Below are positions 1 through 9,567 of a stretch of DNA of 64,000 nucleotides, piece by piece. The position numbers and the translations under genes are program-made. The notes under the pieces were generated by a model. The model searched no databases and had not been told where the DNA came from. It saw only the letters and a program-made list of their open reading frames with translations. Source of the stretch: Pseudomonadales bacterium (GTDB taxonomy: Bacteria; Patescibacteriota; Microgenomatia; UBA1400; PJMF01); assembly GCA_020632255.1 (NCBI GenBank), contig JACKFX010000002.1, positions 18,905-82,904 of the forward strand, in the 5' to 3' direction. Position 1 is the stretch's first letter; every line of letters begins with the position of its first letter.

Positions 1-466
1 ATCCTGTCCTTGCAAATTGAATTGCCCAGGGACTTACTCCTACAGACAAACAAGTTACCCAAACTGCGTGAACTGCTGGTATTGCTCTTTTCCGATATCG
101 TTTACTAAGATTCTGCAGAATACTGTACACGATGAGCACTGTTGCAATACCTGCAACTGCACTTGGAAATCGTACCGCAAAATTTGAAGGACCAAAAATG
201 AGTGAACTTACATACACTGTCCACAGATATACAGGCATTTTATAATCACCATATGATGGAAAGATTGCTTGAAACCAACCATTTCCATTCATATCTCTAC
301 CTGTTTCAACCAATGCTTTCGCATCTGCTAACATGGCAACCTCATCAATGTAGAGAGTTTTAGGAAGAGTTCCAAGTTTCCAAAAGCGCAGTCCAAGCAC
401 TAAAACTACGAGGAGAGCTGCACCAACAGTTAAAAGAAGGGAGACATTTCTAACTCTATTTTTCAT
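1..466 (-). CDS. GT-C family membrane glycosyltransferase (GT39/PMT/ArnT-like), 3'-truncated by window edge
   Basis: Minus-strand ORF not in the track because it runs off the edge. Hand translation from the ATG at 466..464 gives MKNRVRNVSLLLTVGAALLVVLVLGLRFWKLGTLPKTLYIDEVAMLADA...PSYGDYKMPVYLW. It has an N-terminal TM helix followed by the DE motif in the first loop, like its neighbours. It overlaps the stop of the upstream gene by about 11 nt. Confidence 0.55.
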   Translation of the reverse strand, partial: MKNRVRNVSLLLTVGAALLVVLVLGLRFWKLGTLPKTLYIDEVAMLADAKALVETGRDMNGNGWFQAIFPSYGDYKMPVYLWTVYVSSLIFGPSNFAVRFPSAVAGIATVLIVYSILQNLSKRYRKRAIPAVHAVWVTCLSVGVSPWAIQFARTG

Positions 467-2153
467 ACACCTCCCACAATGTTTCTCCAGTTGGACTTGA
501 AATTGAATCAACTAAATTAAACTCATTTGAAAAAGTTGTGATCCGCTCGGAAGGGGCAGCAAAAATAATGTCTGCGTCTGTTGCATCTGCCACAGAATCA
601 TAAAAAAAGATATTTTTGAAACTGGTAAACTCTGACTGATCAAATCTGGCCTGAGATCGAAAAGCCTGTACTTCTTTAGGATCTACTGCGTTCATAAAGA
701 AATAGTACATTGCAGGACGACCATATCCTCTAGTAAATGCCACCAGCTTTCCTGATTCTACATAGTGTTCTGCTTTGACAACTGCTTCCTGATACCCGTA
801 CTGCCACTCTAACGAGCTCTCGGCCGGATATATTTTTGTGTAGTACCGCCAGAAAAAGAACACTTGAACTGCATATAAACATAAAAAGACACATATAACA
901 CCGATGCCAACTCTTCTTTGTAGTTTTTTTTGATTCTTGACTAACAAAATCCAGCCCTCAGAAAAGCCGAGCGATGCAATAAAAAGCAACACAGGAGCAA
1001 TTGGTAGAATTCTTAAGGCATGCGGCGTTGCTAAAGAAATGCTGGCCGGAACTACTCCAGCTAAAATCCAGAATAGAAGAACTAACCCGAGCTTTCTATA
1101 CCTTTTAACCAAAGCATAAAATCCAACTAGTAGTAGTGGTAGATCTAGATAGTACAAATGTCCCATGTACCCAGTTGAGTGTCGTTTATTCAGGTCGCCA
1201 TGCACAAAAAGGAAATCCAAGGAAAAGTGTGAAAATAGATTTGAGACGATTTCACGACTAAATAGTACGTAGCGGTGAAAAAATAGTTTTGCACCTGGTG
1301 TTCCTGACAACTCACGCGCTTGATTGCTTTCCAAAATGATATCCAAGCGAGAAAATATGCTTGTCTCAGCAAAACGTTGTGATACTTCCGGACTTCGTAA
1401 ACTTGAAAGCAATGGCATCATTAACAGTAAAAATACTATGCCGATGCTAAACTCAAGTAATGGCACTGATGAAAATTTCTTTTTTTTCAGTTTCAGAAAG
1501 CGAGCTGCCTTTGGTACAAAACTGTACACAAGCAATGCCAAAAGAAGAGCTGGTGCAATAATTCTGGTTGCATGGTACGTATAGGCACTCAAGACGAAAA
1601 GAAGGACCGATAAAACAGACCATAGCCAAGATTTACCACGTACATAGAGTAAAAACAAAACTACTGCCCATACTACTAACGCTGTTGCTAGATTTACTTC
1701 CCAGGCAGCCCGAGAAAACATCAGCAACCAACTCGAAACTGCTGCCAACATTACGCTAGAGACCTGAACAATCTGTCGCTGTGAAACAGACATACGGGGA
1801 GCAAACTCGGTCAGCAACAAACGGGATAAGAAGTACATGCCTACAACAAGCGCCATACCTGCAATAAAACTTGGAAGTCGTACTGCCAAAATAGTTGGAC
1901 CAAACACCTTAATGCTTGCTGCAGCTGCATAAAAGTATCCAGATGGCTTCCAATCACCAAATGATTCAAAGGCAACAAGTGGCCAGAAATTTCCATGGTG
2001 ATCTGCCCCAGTACGGGCTATAGAATAGGCATCATAGCCAAGCGCCATCTCTTCCCAGTAGGGAGTAACAAGACGTCCTAAATTGAACCCTCTCAGAAAG
2101 AGTGCTAAGATAACAGCTACAGAAAGGGCACTAAGTACTATGTTCTTCTTCAT
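456..2153 (-). CDS. GT-C membrane glycosyltransferase, family 39 / PMT_2 (ArnT-like)
   Basis: Multi-TM protein with the motif ...YDAYSIARTG..HHGNFWPLVAFESFGDWKPSGYFY... typical of Dol-P-Man protein mannosyltransferase/ArnT relatives. Start moved to the in-frame ATG at 2153 (MKKNIVLSAL...). The track start at 2291 would overlap the divergent gene. Confidence 0.7.
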   Translation of the reverse strand: MKKNIVLSALSVAVILALFLRGFNLGRLVTPYWEEMALGYDAYSIARTGADHHGNFWPLVAFESFGDWKPSGYFYAAAASIKVFGPTILAVRLPSFIAGMALVVGMYFLSRLLLTEFAPRMSVSQRQIVQVSSVMLAAVSSWLLMFSRAAWEVNLATALVVWAVVLFLLYVRGKSWLWSVLSVLLFVLSAYTYHATRIIAPALLLALLVYSFVPKAARFLKLKKKKFSSVPLLEFSIGIVFLLLMMPLLSSLRSPEVSQRFAETSIFSRLDIILESNQARELSGTPGAKLFFHRYVLFSREIVSNLFSHFSLDFLFVHGDLNKRHSTGYMGHLYYLDLPLLLVGFYALVKRYRKLGLVLLFWILAGVVPASISLATPHALRILPIAPVLLFIASLGFSEGWILLVKNQKKLQRRVGIGVICVFLCLYAVQVFFFWRYYTKIYPAESSLEWQYGYQEAVVKAEHYVESGKLVAFTRGYGRPAMYYFFMNAVDPKEVQAFRSQARFDQSEFTSFKNIFFYDSVADATDADIIFAAPSERITTFSNEFNLVDSISSPTGETLWEVYEK

Positions 2154-2181
2154 ACCTTGTAAGAACAGTATATAGCCTGGA

Positions 2182-3303
2182 ATGAAAAAATTGAACAAGA
2201 CATTTCTACTTCCACTTATTGTGCTTATTGTTGCTCTGACCGTGTTACCTGTCCTGTCGTATCCCGCATTTTTCTTACAACCCACCAACATTTCTTCTTA
2301 TGGTCAGCTGTACGCCAACTCACAATATGTTGTAGGCGAAGCTACAAAGCAGCGGATAGACGATGCAACCATCTATATTTACGCAGGCTATGCCTACATA
2401 AAAGGGGAGGATCCCACTTCAATAAACTTCGAACATCCTCCACTTGGCAAATACGTACTTGGCCTCTCCTATGTTTTGTTTGAAAACTCACTAATCCTTA
2501 ATGTAGTTATCTACGCAGCGTTTTTAGGTGTTTTTGCATCATTGGCAAGGATTTTTACAAAAAACAACTGGCTTATTTTAGGATCAGTCCTTTTCTTAGG
2601 TACTACTCGACTGATCTATGTCAACGTGGGGCAGGGGATGCTAGACATTTTTTCGGCACTTCTCTTGTTAAGTACGTTTAGAGTTCTCTTCTCTTCTCTT
2701 CCTTCGTTGAAAAAATACATTTTTGCAGGGTTTCTTGTGGGAGCACTGGCTGCAACAAAATATCCTTTTCCATCAATTGCACTTCCAATCTTCTTACTAC
2801 TAGCATGGGCCTTCACACAAAAGGAGCTCATAAAAGGTCTCATCTCTTTACCAGTTATTGCTCTCACTTACCTGGGTAGTTATAGTGTTTATTTTTTACA
2901 TCATTCACTAACAGACTTCATTGCATTTGAATGGTTTAGACTCAAATGGTGGATTGTTGATCGAAATATTCCCCCGTTCCTCATTTTTCAAACACTTTTT
3001 TTTGGTGCCTTCAGGGACTGGAGAGACCTTCACATAGTGCGTTCTGCGGTGTGGTCTTTCAGCCTCCCTGTGCTATTTGTGTCGCAGTATGTTTCATTTC
3101 TGTTTACCAAGTTTGATATGAAATTGGTGGCTGTTCTTGGATACTCTACAACTCAAATAGTGCTGTATGGGCTAGGAGCTGCATCATACGATCGATATCT
3201 AATTTCGCTTATTCCACTCTGGCTACTTGTTTTTGTAGCTGGAATAGATCAATACAACAGCAAAAAAAACTATTTTTCTTTGCTTAAAAAAAGATTTACA
3301 TAA
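2182..3303 (+). CDS. GT-C membrane glycosyltransferase (PMT_2-like; HPPLGK motif)
   Basis: Signal/TM N-terminus and the ...EHPPLGKYVLGLSYVLF... motif diagnostic of the PMT/ArnT GT-C superfamily, in a multi-TM protein. Confidence 0.65.
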   Translation: MKKLNKTFLLPLIVLIVALTVLPVLSYPAFFLQPTNISSYGQLYANSQYVVGEATKQRIDDATIYIYAGYAYIKGEDPTSINFEHPPLGKYVLGLSYVLFENSLILNVVIYAAFLGVFASLARIFTKNNWLILGSVLFLGTTRLIYVNVGQGMLDIFSALLLLSTFRVLFSSLPSLKKYIFAGFLVGALAATKYPFPSIALPIFLLLAWAFTQKELIKGLISLPVIALTYLGSYSVYFLHHSLTDFIAFEWFRLKWWIVDRNIPPFLIFQTLFFGAFRDWRDLHIVRSAVWSFSLPVLFVSQYVSFLFTKFDMKLVAVLGYSTTQIVLYGLGAASYDRYLISLIPLWLLVFVAGIDQYNSKKNYFSLLKKRFT

Positions 3304-3306
3304 ACG

Positions 3307-4959
3307 TTACCACTTTACCGTTGTTGTATCAAAAATATAAAAGCGAGGTTTTCCATCACTACCGGAAACTACATATTCTGCCTTTTCGAATGGCATCACA
3401 TCATCAGGAGAGGTAACAATTATTGTATTATCTCTGTGCAAATCGCCCTCAACAAAACTATCTTGGAATAAGTACTTAATGAGCGACCCACCGTGAAAAT
3501 AAATGGGATTTGTTTTACGAGCAAACAATGCATAGATATAGGGCTGACCATACTTGGAAGTAAAAATAATGTTTTGTACTTCATGAGTGCCATTTGAACC
3601 GGTCTCGTATGGAATCACGTACTCAAAAGCAGCTAAATACCCGTCCTTAAATGCATCAGCACTATCCTGTGCAAAACCTTTAAAATAGTGAGAAACATAC
3701 TTGACAGCAAATAAAGTATGGAGGAGTACATAGGTGCCAATAATGAGCTGAAAATATATTGATTTCCTGTCCCTTGAATCGCGAAGCGACCGTACTTCTT
3801 GGTGTTGTTCTGCCCATCTGAGTAACTCCAAGATACCTACAACAGAAAGCATCCAAAATCCTACACTCGCAGTGAGTGCTCGATTACTATGAGGAACTTC
3901 AGTTGCAATCGCTGCTGGTAATATACCGAGCAAAATCAACACACCGGCAATGAGGCTCATGGTAACAATTTCTTTTGGTAGGCGATGCTTTTTATACAGA
4001 TTCCATGTTATCCATGTAATACATCCAAAAACTAATATAAAGGTAGTAGGATACAGCACACCATGAATACCATCTCCATGTCGCAAAGTCGTGGTTTCAC
4101 CAAACAAGAGAAAACTCGGATGCAAATGTGCTAAAAACTGTAAGGTAGCAAGCCTTGAAGCCTCAAGAAAACTGTAACCCTGCGCAAAAATAGTTACCCC
4201 TGCTCGTTCGAGTCCATTTCTGAAGAAGAGGTCAATGACTAACGGGATTATGCCAAGCACTCCTACAAAGGTGGGTATGACTGTAATTTTAATGTCTGAA
4301 AAAATCTGTTTTCTGTATAGCCACACCAGAAACAACCCCAAAAGTGGAGCTGAAACTTTAGTGCTGTGATAGGTGTATAACGAAAGAACCAACAACGACA
4401 CACTCCCTGATATCATGAAGATTTTCCATTTGCTGCTTTCCCATGCTGATATAAATAAGTACAAAGCCCAAATGATCATCGTTAATGCCAAACCAGATTC
4501 AAATCCGGTTCGGGTAAAATGTATATGCCAAGGCGATACAGCAACTATGAACCCGAGTAACAAACTTCCAAGCTCGGCATGTGGGTGCTTTCCAAGTATT
4601 TTCTTTGCAAGTAGGATACTTCCCACCACTGCCAGAACTCCTGACAGAGCAAAGGGCAATCTGACTACCCACAGTTCTAAGCCGAATAGCAGAGTAAAGA
4701 TTCCCGTCAAATAAATCGCAAAAGGAGCTTTGTAATCTCCAAATGATCTAAAGGAAAGTGGTAAAAAAGTGAGCCACTCATCTCTTCGAGTAGTTGCTAC
4801 AGCAAATCCGTTGTATCCAATCGCTGCTTCATCCCAAGTCATACCGTGAGGAACTTCGGCGAATTTGTGAAATCTAAGTACAGCAGCTACTGTGATAATT
4901 ATAAGAAAAGTAAGTACATACCAGTTTTTTGATACAAATTTCTGAAGATCAGTAATCAT
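3307..4959 (-). CDS. GT-C membrane glycosyltransferase, family 39/ArnT-like
   Basis: N-terminal TM then ...HGMTWDEAAIGYNGFAVATTRRDEWLTFLPLSFRSFGDYKAPFAIYLTG... (DE loop motif) followed by about 10 TM helices. Confidence 0.7.
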   Translation of the reverse strand: MITDLQKFVSKNWYVLTFLIIITVAAVLRFHKFAEVPHGMTWDEAAIGYNGFAVATTRRDEWLTFLPLSFRSFGDYKAPFAIYLTGIFTLLFGLELWVVRLPFALSGVLAVVGSILLAKKILGKHPHAELGSLLLGFIVAVSPWHIHFTRTGFESGLALTMIIWALYLFISAWESSKWKIFMISGSVSLLVLSLYTYHSTKVSAPLLGLFLVWLYRKQIFSDIKITVIPTFVGVLGIIPLVIDLFFRNGLERAGVTIFAQGYSFLEASRLATLQFLAHLHPSFLLFGETTTLRHGDGIHGVLYPTTFILVFGCITWITWNLYKKHRLPKEIVTMSLIAGVLILLGILPAAIATEVPHSNRALTASVGFWMLSVVGILELLRWAEQHQEVRSLRDSRDRKSIYFQLIIGTYVLLHTLFAVKYVSHYFKGFAQDSADAFKDGYLAAFEYVIPYETGSNGTHEVQNIIFTSKYGQPYIYALFARKTNPIYFHGGSLIKYLFQDSFVEGDLHRDNTIIVTSPDDVMPFEKAEYVVSGSDGKPRFYIFDTTTVKW

Positions 4960-5004
4960 ATAATTGCATAGTCATTACTACCAGGTTACTATACAGTATA
5001 TAGT

Positions 5005-6810
5005 ATGCAAAAGATTTTGACCTCCCTCATTCATCACACACACCGACGCTGGTTTTTTTTCTACCTGACAGGTTTTATACTCATACTAACTCTGCGCTTG
5101 TTTAACATTCATAGTATACCGGCAGTTATTAGCCATGATGAAATTTATTACCCGGCTGAAGCCCGTGCTATTGCTGTATCTGGTCACGATCCAGCAGGAA
5201 CTTGGGTCCCCTGGTCACTAACCTCTGCTCATCCACTCTATGCAGAATTGCCTGGATTAGTAATGACTCCAGCAGCAATACTTTTTTCTGATCCCTTACT
5301 CGCTGCTCGTATTACACATGTTTTAGTTGGATCACTCTTTTGTTTGGTGCTTTCTGCCTTTATGTACTCTTTAACCGAAAACAAGTACCTTGCTGCGATT
5401 ACTTTTGGTATTTCTGCTGTTAATCCCTGGCTGTTTCAATTTAGCCGGATGGGATTTGACGCACTACTGAGTCTCTTCTTTTTCTTTTCTGGGCTTACTC
5501 TCTATCTACGTTTACCTACTTACAAAAAGCTCTGGTCGCTACCATTTCTCTTTCTTGGCTTTTTCCAATATCAAGGTTTAAAGGTCATTTTTGTTCCCCT
5601 TATACTTGGTACAGTTTTTTTCGAATACTGGGTCAAAACAAGTTTGCCTTGGCAAAAATATCTCTCGCTCTTTAAAAAACGTAACACGTTACCTAAACAC
5701 ATTCCCGCCCTGATTGTTGCAGTTTTTTCTGTGGTACTCTTTGGTTCTTACATGGTACGACTCTCAAATCAAGCAGCTGGTGAGAGAAGCACTGATCTCA
5801 TTTTTTCAGATACAGCTTATACAACCACTCACACCAATACTGATAGACAACAATCACTGAACTCACCGCTTACAAAGGTATTCATCAATAAGGGCACAGT
5901 ACTGTTTGATCGGTTTATTTCCCAGTATTTCGAATCATTTTCATGGCACCATTTATTCATTACGGGCGAACCCCTACGCAACCCCTTTTCCGTCTGGAAA
6001 CATGGCATCTTTTATCTGCCTGATGTAATTTTAATTTTTTTGGGAGCAGTCTACTTACTCAAACACTCAGATAAAAAATATCACAAAATTGGTTGGTACC
6101 TTCTCTTTTTAGTACTCATCGCTCCTCTGGCTGGAGCAGTGAATGCAAAGGGTTCGTGGATCATGTTCCGCTCCAGTTTATTAATACCAACGGGAATCCT
6201 ACTTATAAGCTTTGGCGCCTGGTTTCTGTATACGCAACTACCGCGCCTTGTGTTTGCTTTGCTAGTAGTTCTCTATTCCCTCTTTGTAGCTCGTTTCTTC
6301 TTTCTCTATTTTTATTCCTACCCAATCATTGGAACCCAAGGAGAATATTTTAGTGAAAGAATTGTAGCCAACTATATTGAGAGAAATCCTGACAAGAAAA
6401 TTATCGTGTATGCCAGTGAACCAAGATTTATGTTTGAAACAGTGTTAGTTTTTAATAACCTCATTACAAAAGAGACTATTGCATCTATTACTACTGCCTA
6501 TCAAGAAAAAAAATACTCATTAGATAATTTCTTAATTACCAATACTTGTTATCAACCCCAAGCTGACAGCTCAGTTGTTTCAATAGTGAACAGAGCAACT
6601 CCAACCTGCGATGGTTCCAAAACAGAAAAGGCATCCACCGATACAGCTATTCCATCTCTTATTGATAGTGGTGCAATATACCGTCTGTATAATGATTCAC
6701 TTTGTAGTGGATACCCCCTTGGAACCTTCAGTCATATATCAACTAACAATTTTTATGTTGAAAAATTAACAAACACTGATTTTTGCTCATCTTTTTTCAC
6801 TCGGGAGTAA
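5005..6810 (+). CDS. GT-C membrane glycosyltransferase, family 39/ArnT-like
   Basis: ...ISHDEIYYPAEARAIAVSGHDPAGTWVPW... DE loop after the first TM, many TM helices, and a soluble C-terminal domain. Confidence 0.65.
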   Translation: MQKILTSLIHHTHRRWFFFYLTGFILILTLRLFNIHSIPAVISHDEIYYPAEARAIAVSGHDPAGTWVPWSLTSAHPLYAELPGLVMTPAAILFSDPLLAARITHVLVGSLFCLVLSAFMYSLTENKYLAAITFGISAVNPWLFQFSRMGFDALLSLFFFFSGLTLYLRLPTYKKLWSLPFLFLGFFQYQGLKVIFVPLILGTVFFEYWVKTSLPWQKYLSLFKKRNTLPKHIPALIVAVFSVVLFGSYMVRLSNQAAGERSTDLIFSDTAYTTTHTNTDRQQSLNSPLTKVFINKGTVLFDRFISQYFESFSWHHLFITGEPLRNPFSVWKHGIFYLPDVILIFLGAVYLLKHSDKKYHKIGWYLLFLVLIAPLAGAVNAKGSWIMFRSSLLIPTGILLISFGAWFLYTQLPRLVFALLVVLYSLFVARFFFLYFYSYPIIGTQGEYFSERIVANYIERNPDKKIIVYASEPRFMFETVLVFNNLITKETIASITTAYQEKKYSLDNFLITNTCYQPQADSSVVSIVNRATPTCDGSKTEKASTDTAIPSLIDSGAIYRLYNDSLCSGYPLGTFSHISTNNFYVEKLTNTDFCSSFFTRE

Positions 6811-6812
6811 GT

Positions 6813-8369
6813 ATGCTACACACAATCCTTAATTTGGCTAAAAAACACTTTCCCTTCCTTGTTTTATTGTGCGTCGCCGGGTTTCTCTATTTGTATAACC
6901 ATACAGGCTCATTACAACCCTGGGACGAAGCCTGGTATGGTGCCATAACTCAAAATATGATCAAATCAAATAATCCATTTGTTTTAGAGTATAATCAGCA
7001 CCCATTTTACGATCATCCTCCGTTTGGATTTCAACTTAAGGCACTGAGTATGCTTGTACTTGGAAGATCTACGCTCGCCATCCGCCTTCCTGAAATTGTT
7101 GCTGGTTTACTTGCGCTCGTTGCCTTATATAGAACCGGAACCACAGTAAGCTCGAAATGGGCAGGGGTATGGGCTGGAATAATACTTTTAACTTCTCGTT
7201 GGTTTCTCTTCAGAGCTCGATTAGGAAATCTAGATATACTTTTGGTAACAACTCAACTTTGGACGGTTACTGCTCTATTCGAGATGCTCAGTAAAAAGAG
7301 GCGCTCAATGAGATCACAAACAACCATCTCACTCCTCAGAAACCATGCATGGTTTGTTTTGATGTTTTTTTTCCTGAGTTTAAGTATTCTTAGCAAAGCC
7401 TTAATCTCACTACAATTAGTGCCGCTCGTAACCCTTGCAGGTCTTTACTATATATACACACATAAGCTGGACTTAAAAAGCGTAACCGTACTCATACTTT
7501 CTGCAGTTGTGGCACTAATAGGACCTCTGCTTCCGTGGATAGTAGCAAATAGTTTAGTAGATTCTACTGAATTCATCGAAACGCTTAAAACAATTGGCTT
7601 GCGTTCTAACACTACAAAAGCAATCCGTATTGAGTACATACAAACTGTAGTTACCTACACTCGAGCAGCTATGCATACATGGTTTAAAATTGGAGCCATT
7701 ACTATATTGATTTCTCTACCACTGCTTTTAATTAAAAAGCATAGAGCAACGTTCTTTTTCTTACTGGTATATGTCTTTTTAGCTTTTGCGCCCTATCTTA
7801 TTTCTGAAAAAACTGAAATTTGGCACTTGCTTCCTGGGATAGCAGCTCTTTCACTACTGATTGGAGTTGCACTTGATGTAAGCATTGCAGTGATATCAAA
7901 AAAATGCCAAAAGATTCTATCAGTTTTTCTTCCTCAAATTTCAAAACATATCACAGTTCTCTTAAAAGTTGGTCTATCGCTTAGTATCCTGACAATAGCC
8001 ACGCTTAATATTAAGAATTATTGGTCAGAATTCTTACATGTCTATCAATATCCAAGTGATTATGAAAAGATTACTTGGCATATTCCCTATAAAAACAAAC
8101 CACTCTATACCACAACAGACGCATACTTTCCTGGGCTGGTTTTCTACGCGAACTTGGATAACCAGCCTGTGCTGTACTTTAGTGATTCGGAGGATCTCCA
8201 AGTATGTCAAGAGATGATAGCCGCAAATACTCCATTACAAATTGTTTCTCGCTACGGTGACTGGGTCATGGATAGATTGGGTGACACATATCTTATTTCT
8301 CGTGAAGGAGATCTCGTACTTACAGTCCTATCACCTGAGGTTTGTAAAGAGTATGTTGTAACTAAATAA
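6813..8369 (+). CDS. GT-C membrane glycosyltransferase, family 39/ArnT-like
   Basis: ...QPWDEAWYGAITQNMIKSNNPFVLEYNQHPFYDHPPFGFQLKA... (both the DE and HPP motifs). Start moved to the ATG at 6813, which has a GGGAG RBS and lies 2 nt after the upstream stop. Confidence 0.7.
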   Translation: MLHTILNLAKKHFPFLVLLCVAGFLYLYNHTGSLQPWDEAWYGAITQNMIKSNNPFVLEYNQHPFYDHPPFGFQLKALSMLVLGRSTLAIRLPEIVAGLLALVALYRTGTTVSSKWAGVWAGIILLTSRWFLFRARLGNLDILLVTTQLWTVTALFEMLSKKRRSMRSQTTISLLRNHAWFVLMFFFLSLSILSKALISLQLVPLVTLAGLYYIYTHKLDLKSVTVLILSAVVALIGPLLPWIVANSLVDSTEFIETLKTIGLRSNTTKAIRIEYIQTVVTYTRAAMHTWFKIGAITILISLPLLLIKKHRATFFFLLVYVFLAFAPYLISEKTEIWHLLPGIAALSLLIGVALDVSIAVISKKCQKILSVFLPQISKHITVLLKVGLSLSILTIATLNIKNYWSEFLHVYQYPSDYEKITWHIPYKNKPLYTTTDAYFPGLVFYANLDNQPVLYFSDSEDLQVCQEMIAANTPLQIVSRYGDWVMDRLGDTYLISREGDLVLTVLSPEVCKEYVVTK

Positions 8370-8433
8370 CAGTTAGTTTGGTACCACTATTACCCACAAT
8401 CCCGATGCATTGAATCTCATTGTATGCTTCCGA

Positions 8434-8700
8434 TTAAAATGGTGATTGAAAAATAAGCTCTCGTTTTTCTTTTCTAGGCAATTTTTTGATTTCAGCCTCC
8501 CGTTGCAAAGCTGTTGATCTATCTTCAGCAGCCTCAGAATATGCTAATTCAACTGGTAAATGACTGCGTGTATACTTTGCACCTTTGCCAGCATTATGAA
8601 CACGAACACGAGACGTAACATCAGTTGTTACTCCTGTGTAGAGCGAACCATCTCCGCAACGCAAAACATACACGTACCATTTTTTTGTTTGAGTAGGCAT
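8434..8700 (-). CDS. GIY-YIG nuclease family protein (UPF0213-like)
   Basis: WYVYVLRCGDGSLYTGVTTDVTSRVRVHNAGKGAKYT is a classic GIY-YIG motif. Last gene of the minus-strand glycosyltransferase operon. Confidence 0.8.
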   Translation of the reverse strand: MPTQTKKWYVYVLRCGDGSLYTGVTTDVTSRVRVHNAGKGAKYTRSHLPVELAYSEAAEDRSTALQREAEIKKLPRKEKRELIFQSPF

Positions 8701-8703
8701 AAC

Positions 8704-9567
8704 TTAGAGATACATCATCTTAAAGAGTCTAACGAACCAATACGGCTTCCATAATAGATACTGGAGATACTGTTTTCCAGTAGCATGCTTTACTATAAAA
8801 GCTGTCCCATTTTTAAGTGACATTCTGTCAATTCTTTTTTGTCCGAAAACACCTACATGAGTCGATTCATGTTTATGGAAGACAACTGCTTTTTCTTCAA
8901 ACAAGACTTTCCAACCTTTATTCTGTGCTCTAAATGAGAGATCAATATCTTCCCAATACGCTGGATAGAAACGTGTATCAAAGCCACCGAGCAACACCCA
9001 TTTCTCACGATCAAACAAACCACTTCCACCACTTACCCATGCCGTTTTACCAGATGTCATACTGCGCGCTTTTGAGTGCATAAACCGACCACGTTCAAAC
9101 CAAAGTAAGTTCCGTCCGCTAACCTCACCTGACCCATCTTGCTCATACTCTTTGCAACCAACAGCAAAGCAATCTGGCTCATCAAAATACGGAATCAAAT
9201 ACTGCAATACATCTTTTTCTGGAGAAACGTCATTATTCAGAAGAAAGATCAGTTCATTTCCTGCAACTTGGGCACCAACATTACATGCTCCGGCAAAACG
9301 CAGATTTCTTTGTGTTTGAACTAGAGTAACTTTTATGTGCTTCCCTTTTACTTTCCCTTCCCACATTTTTTCTGCTGAGCTCGGAATAAGGGCGAACTTC
9401 TTCGTTAAATAGTCACGAGTGGTATCGGTACCACAGTCATCAACAATAACAATTTCATCAGCCTCCCTAAGGCAATCAATGACAGCTGGTAAGTGCTGTT
9501 CTAGTAAATGTCTCCCATTATACGTAGGAATCAACACAGATACTCGTTTTGCAGCTCTATTTTTCAT
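8704..9567 (-). CDS. glycosyltransferase family 2
   Basis: VSVLIPTYNGRHLLEQHLPAVIDCL..IVIVDDCGTD and LLNNDV (DxD-like). Confidence 0.8.
   Translation of the reverse strand: MKNRAAKRVSVLIPTYNGRHLLEQHLPAVIDCLREADEIVIVDDCGTDTTRDYLTKKFALIPSSAEKMWEGKVKGKHIKVTLVQTQRNLRFAGACNVGAQVAGNELIFLLNNDVSPEKDVLQYLIPYFDEPDCFAVGCKEYEQDGSGEVSGRNLLWFERGRFMHSKARSMTSGKTAWVSGGSGLFDREKWVLLGGFDTRFYPAYWEDIDLSFRAQNKGWKVLFEEKAVVFHKHESTHVGVFGQKRIDRMSLKNGTAFIVKHATGKQYLQYLLWKPYWFVRLFKMMYL

Noticed and set aside
937-1759. Short ORFs antisense to or inside the large membrane-protein genes (e.g. 937..1119, 1324..1584, 1568..1759, 4373..4714, 6093..6353 and similar throughout)
   Set aside because: They are shadow ORFs lying wholly within well-supported genes on the other strand or frame, with no RBS and no recognisable motifs.
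2154-2291. Longer N-terminus for the GT39 gene (track start at 2291)
   Set aside because: It would overlap the divergent gene by about 110 nt on the opposite strand. The internal ATG at 2153 gives a typical Lys-rich start followed by a TM helix.
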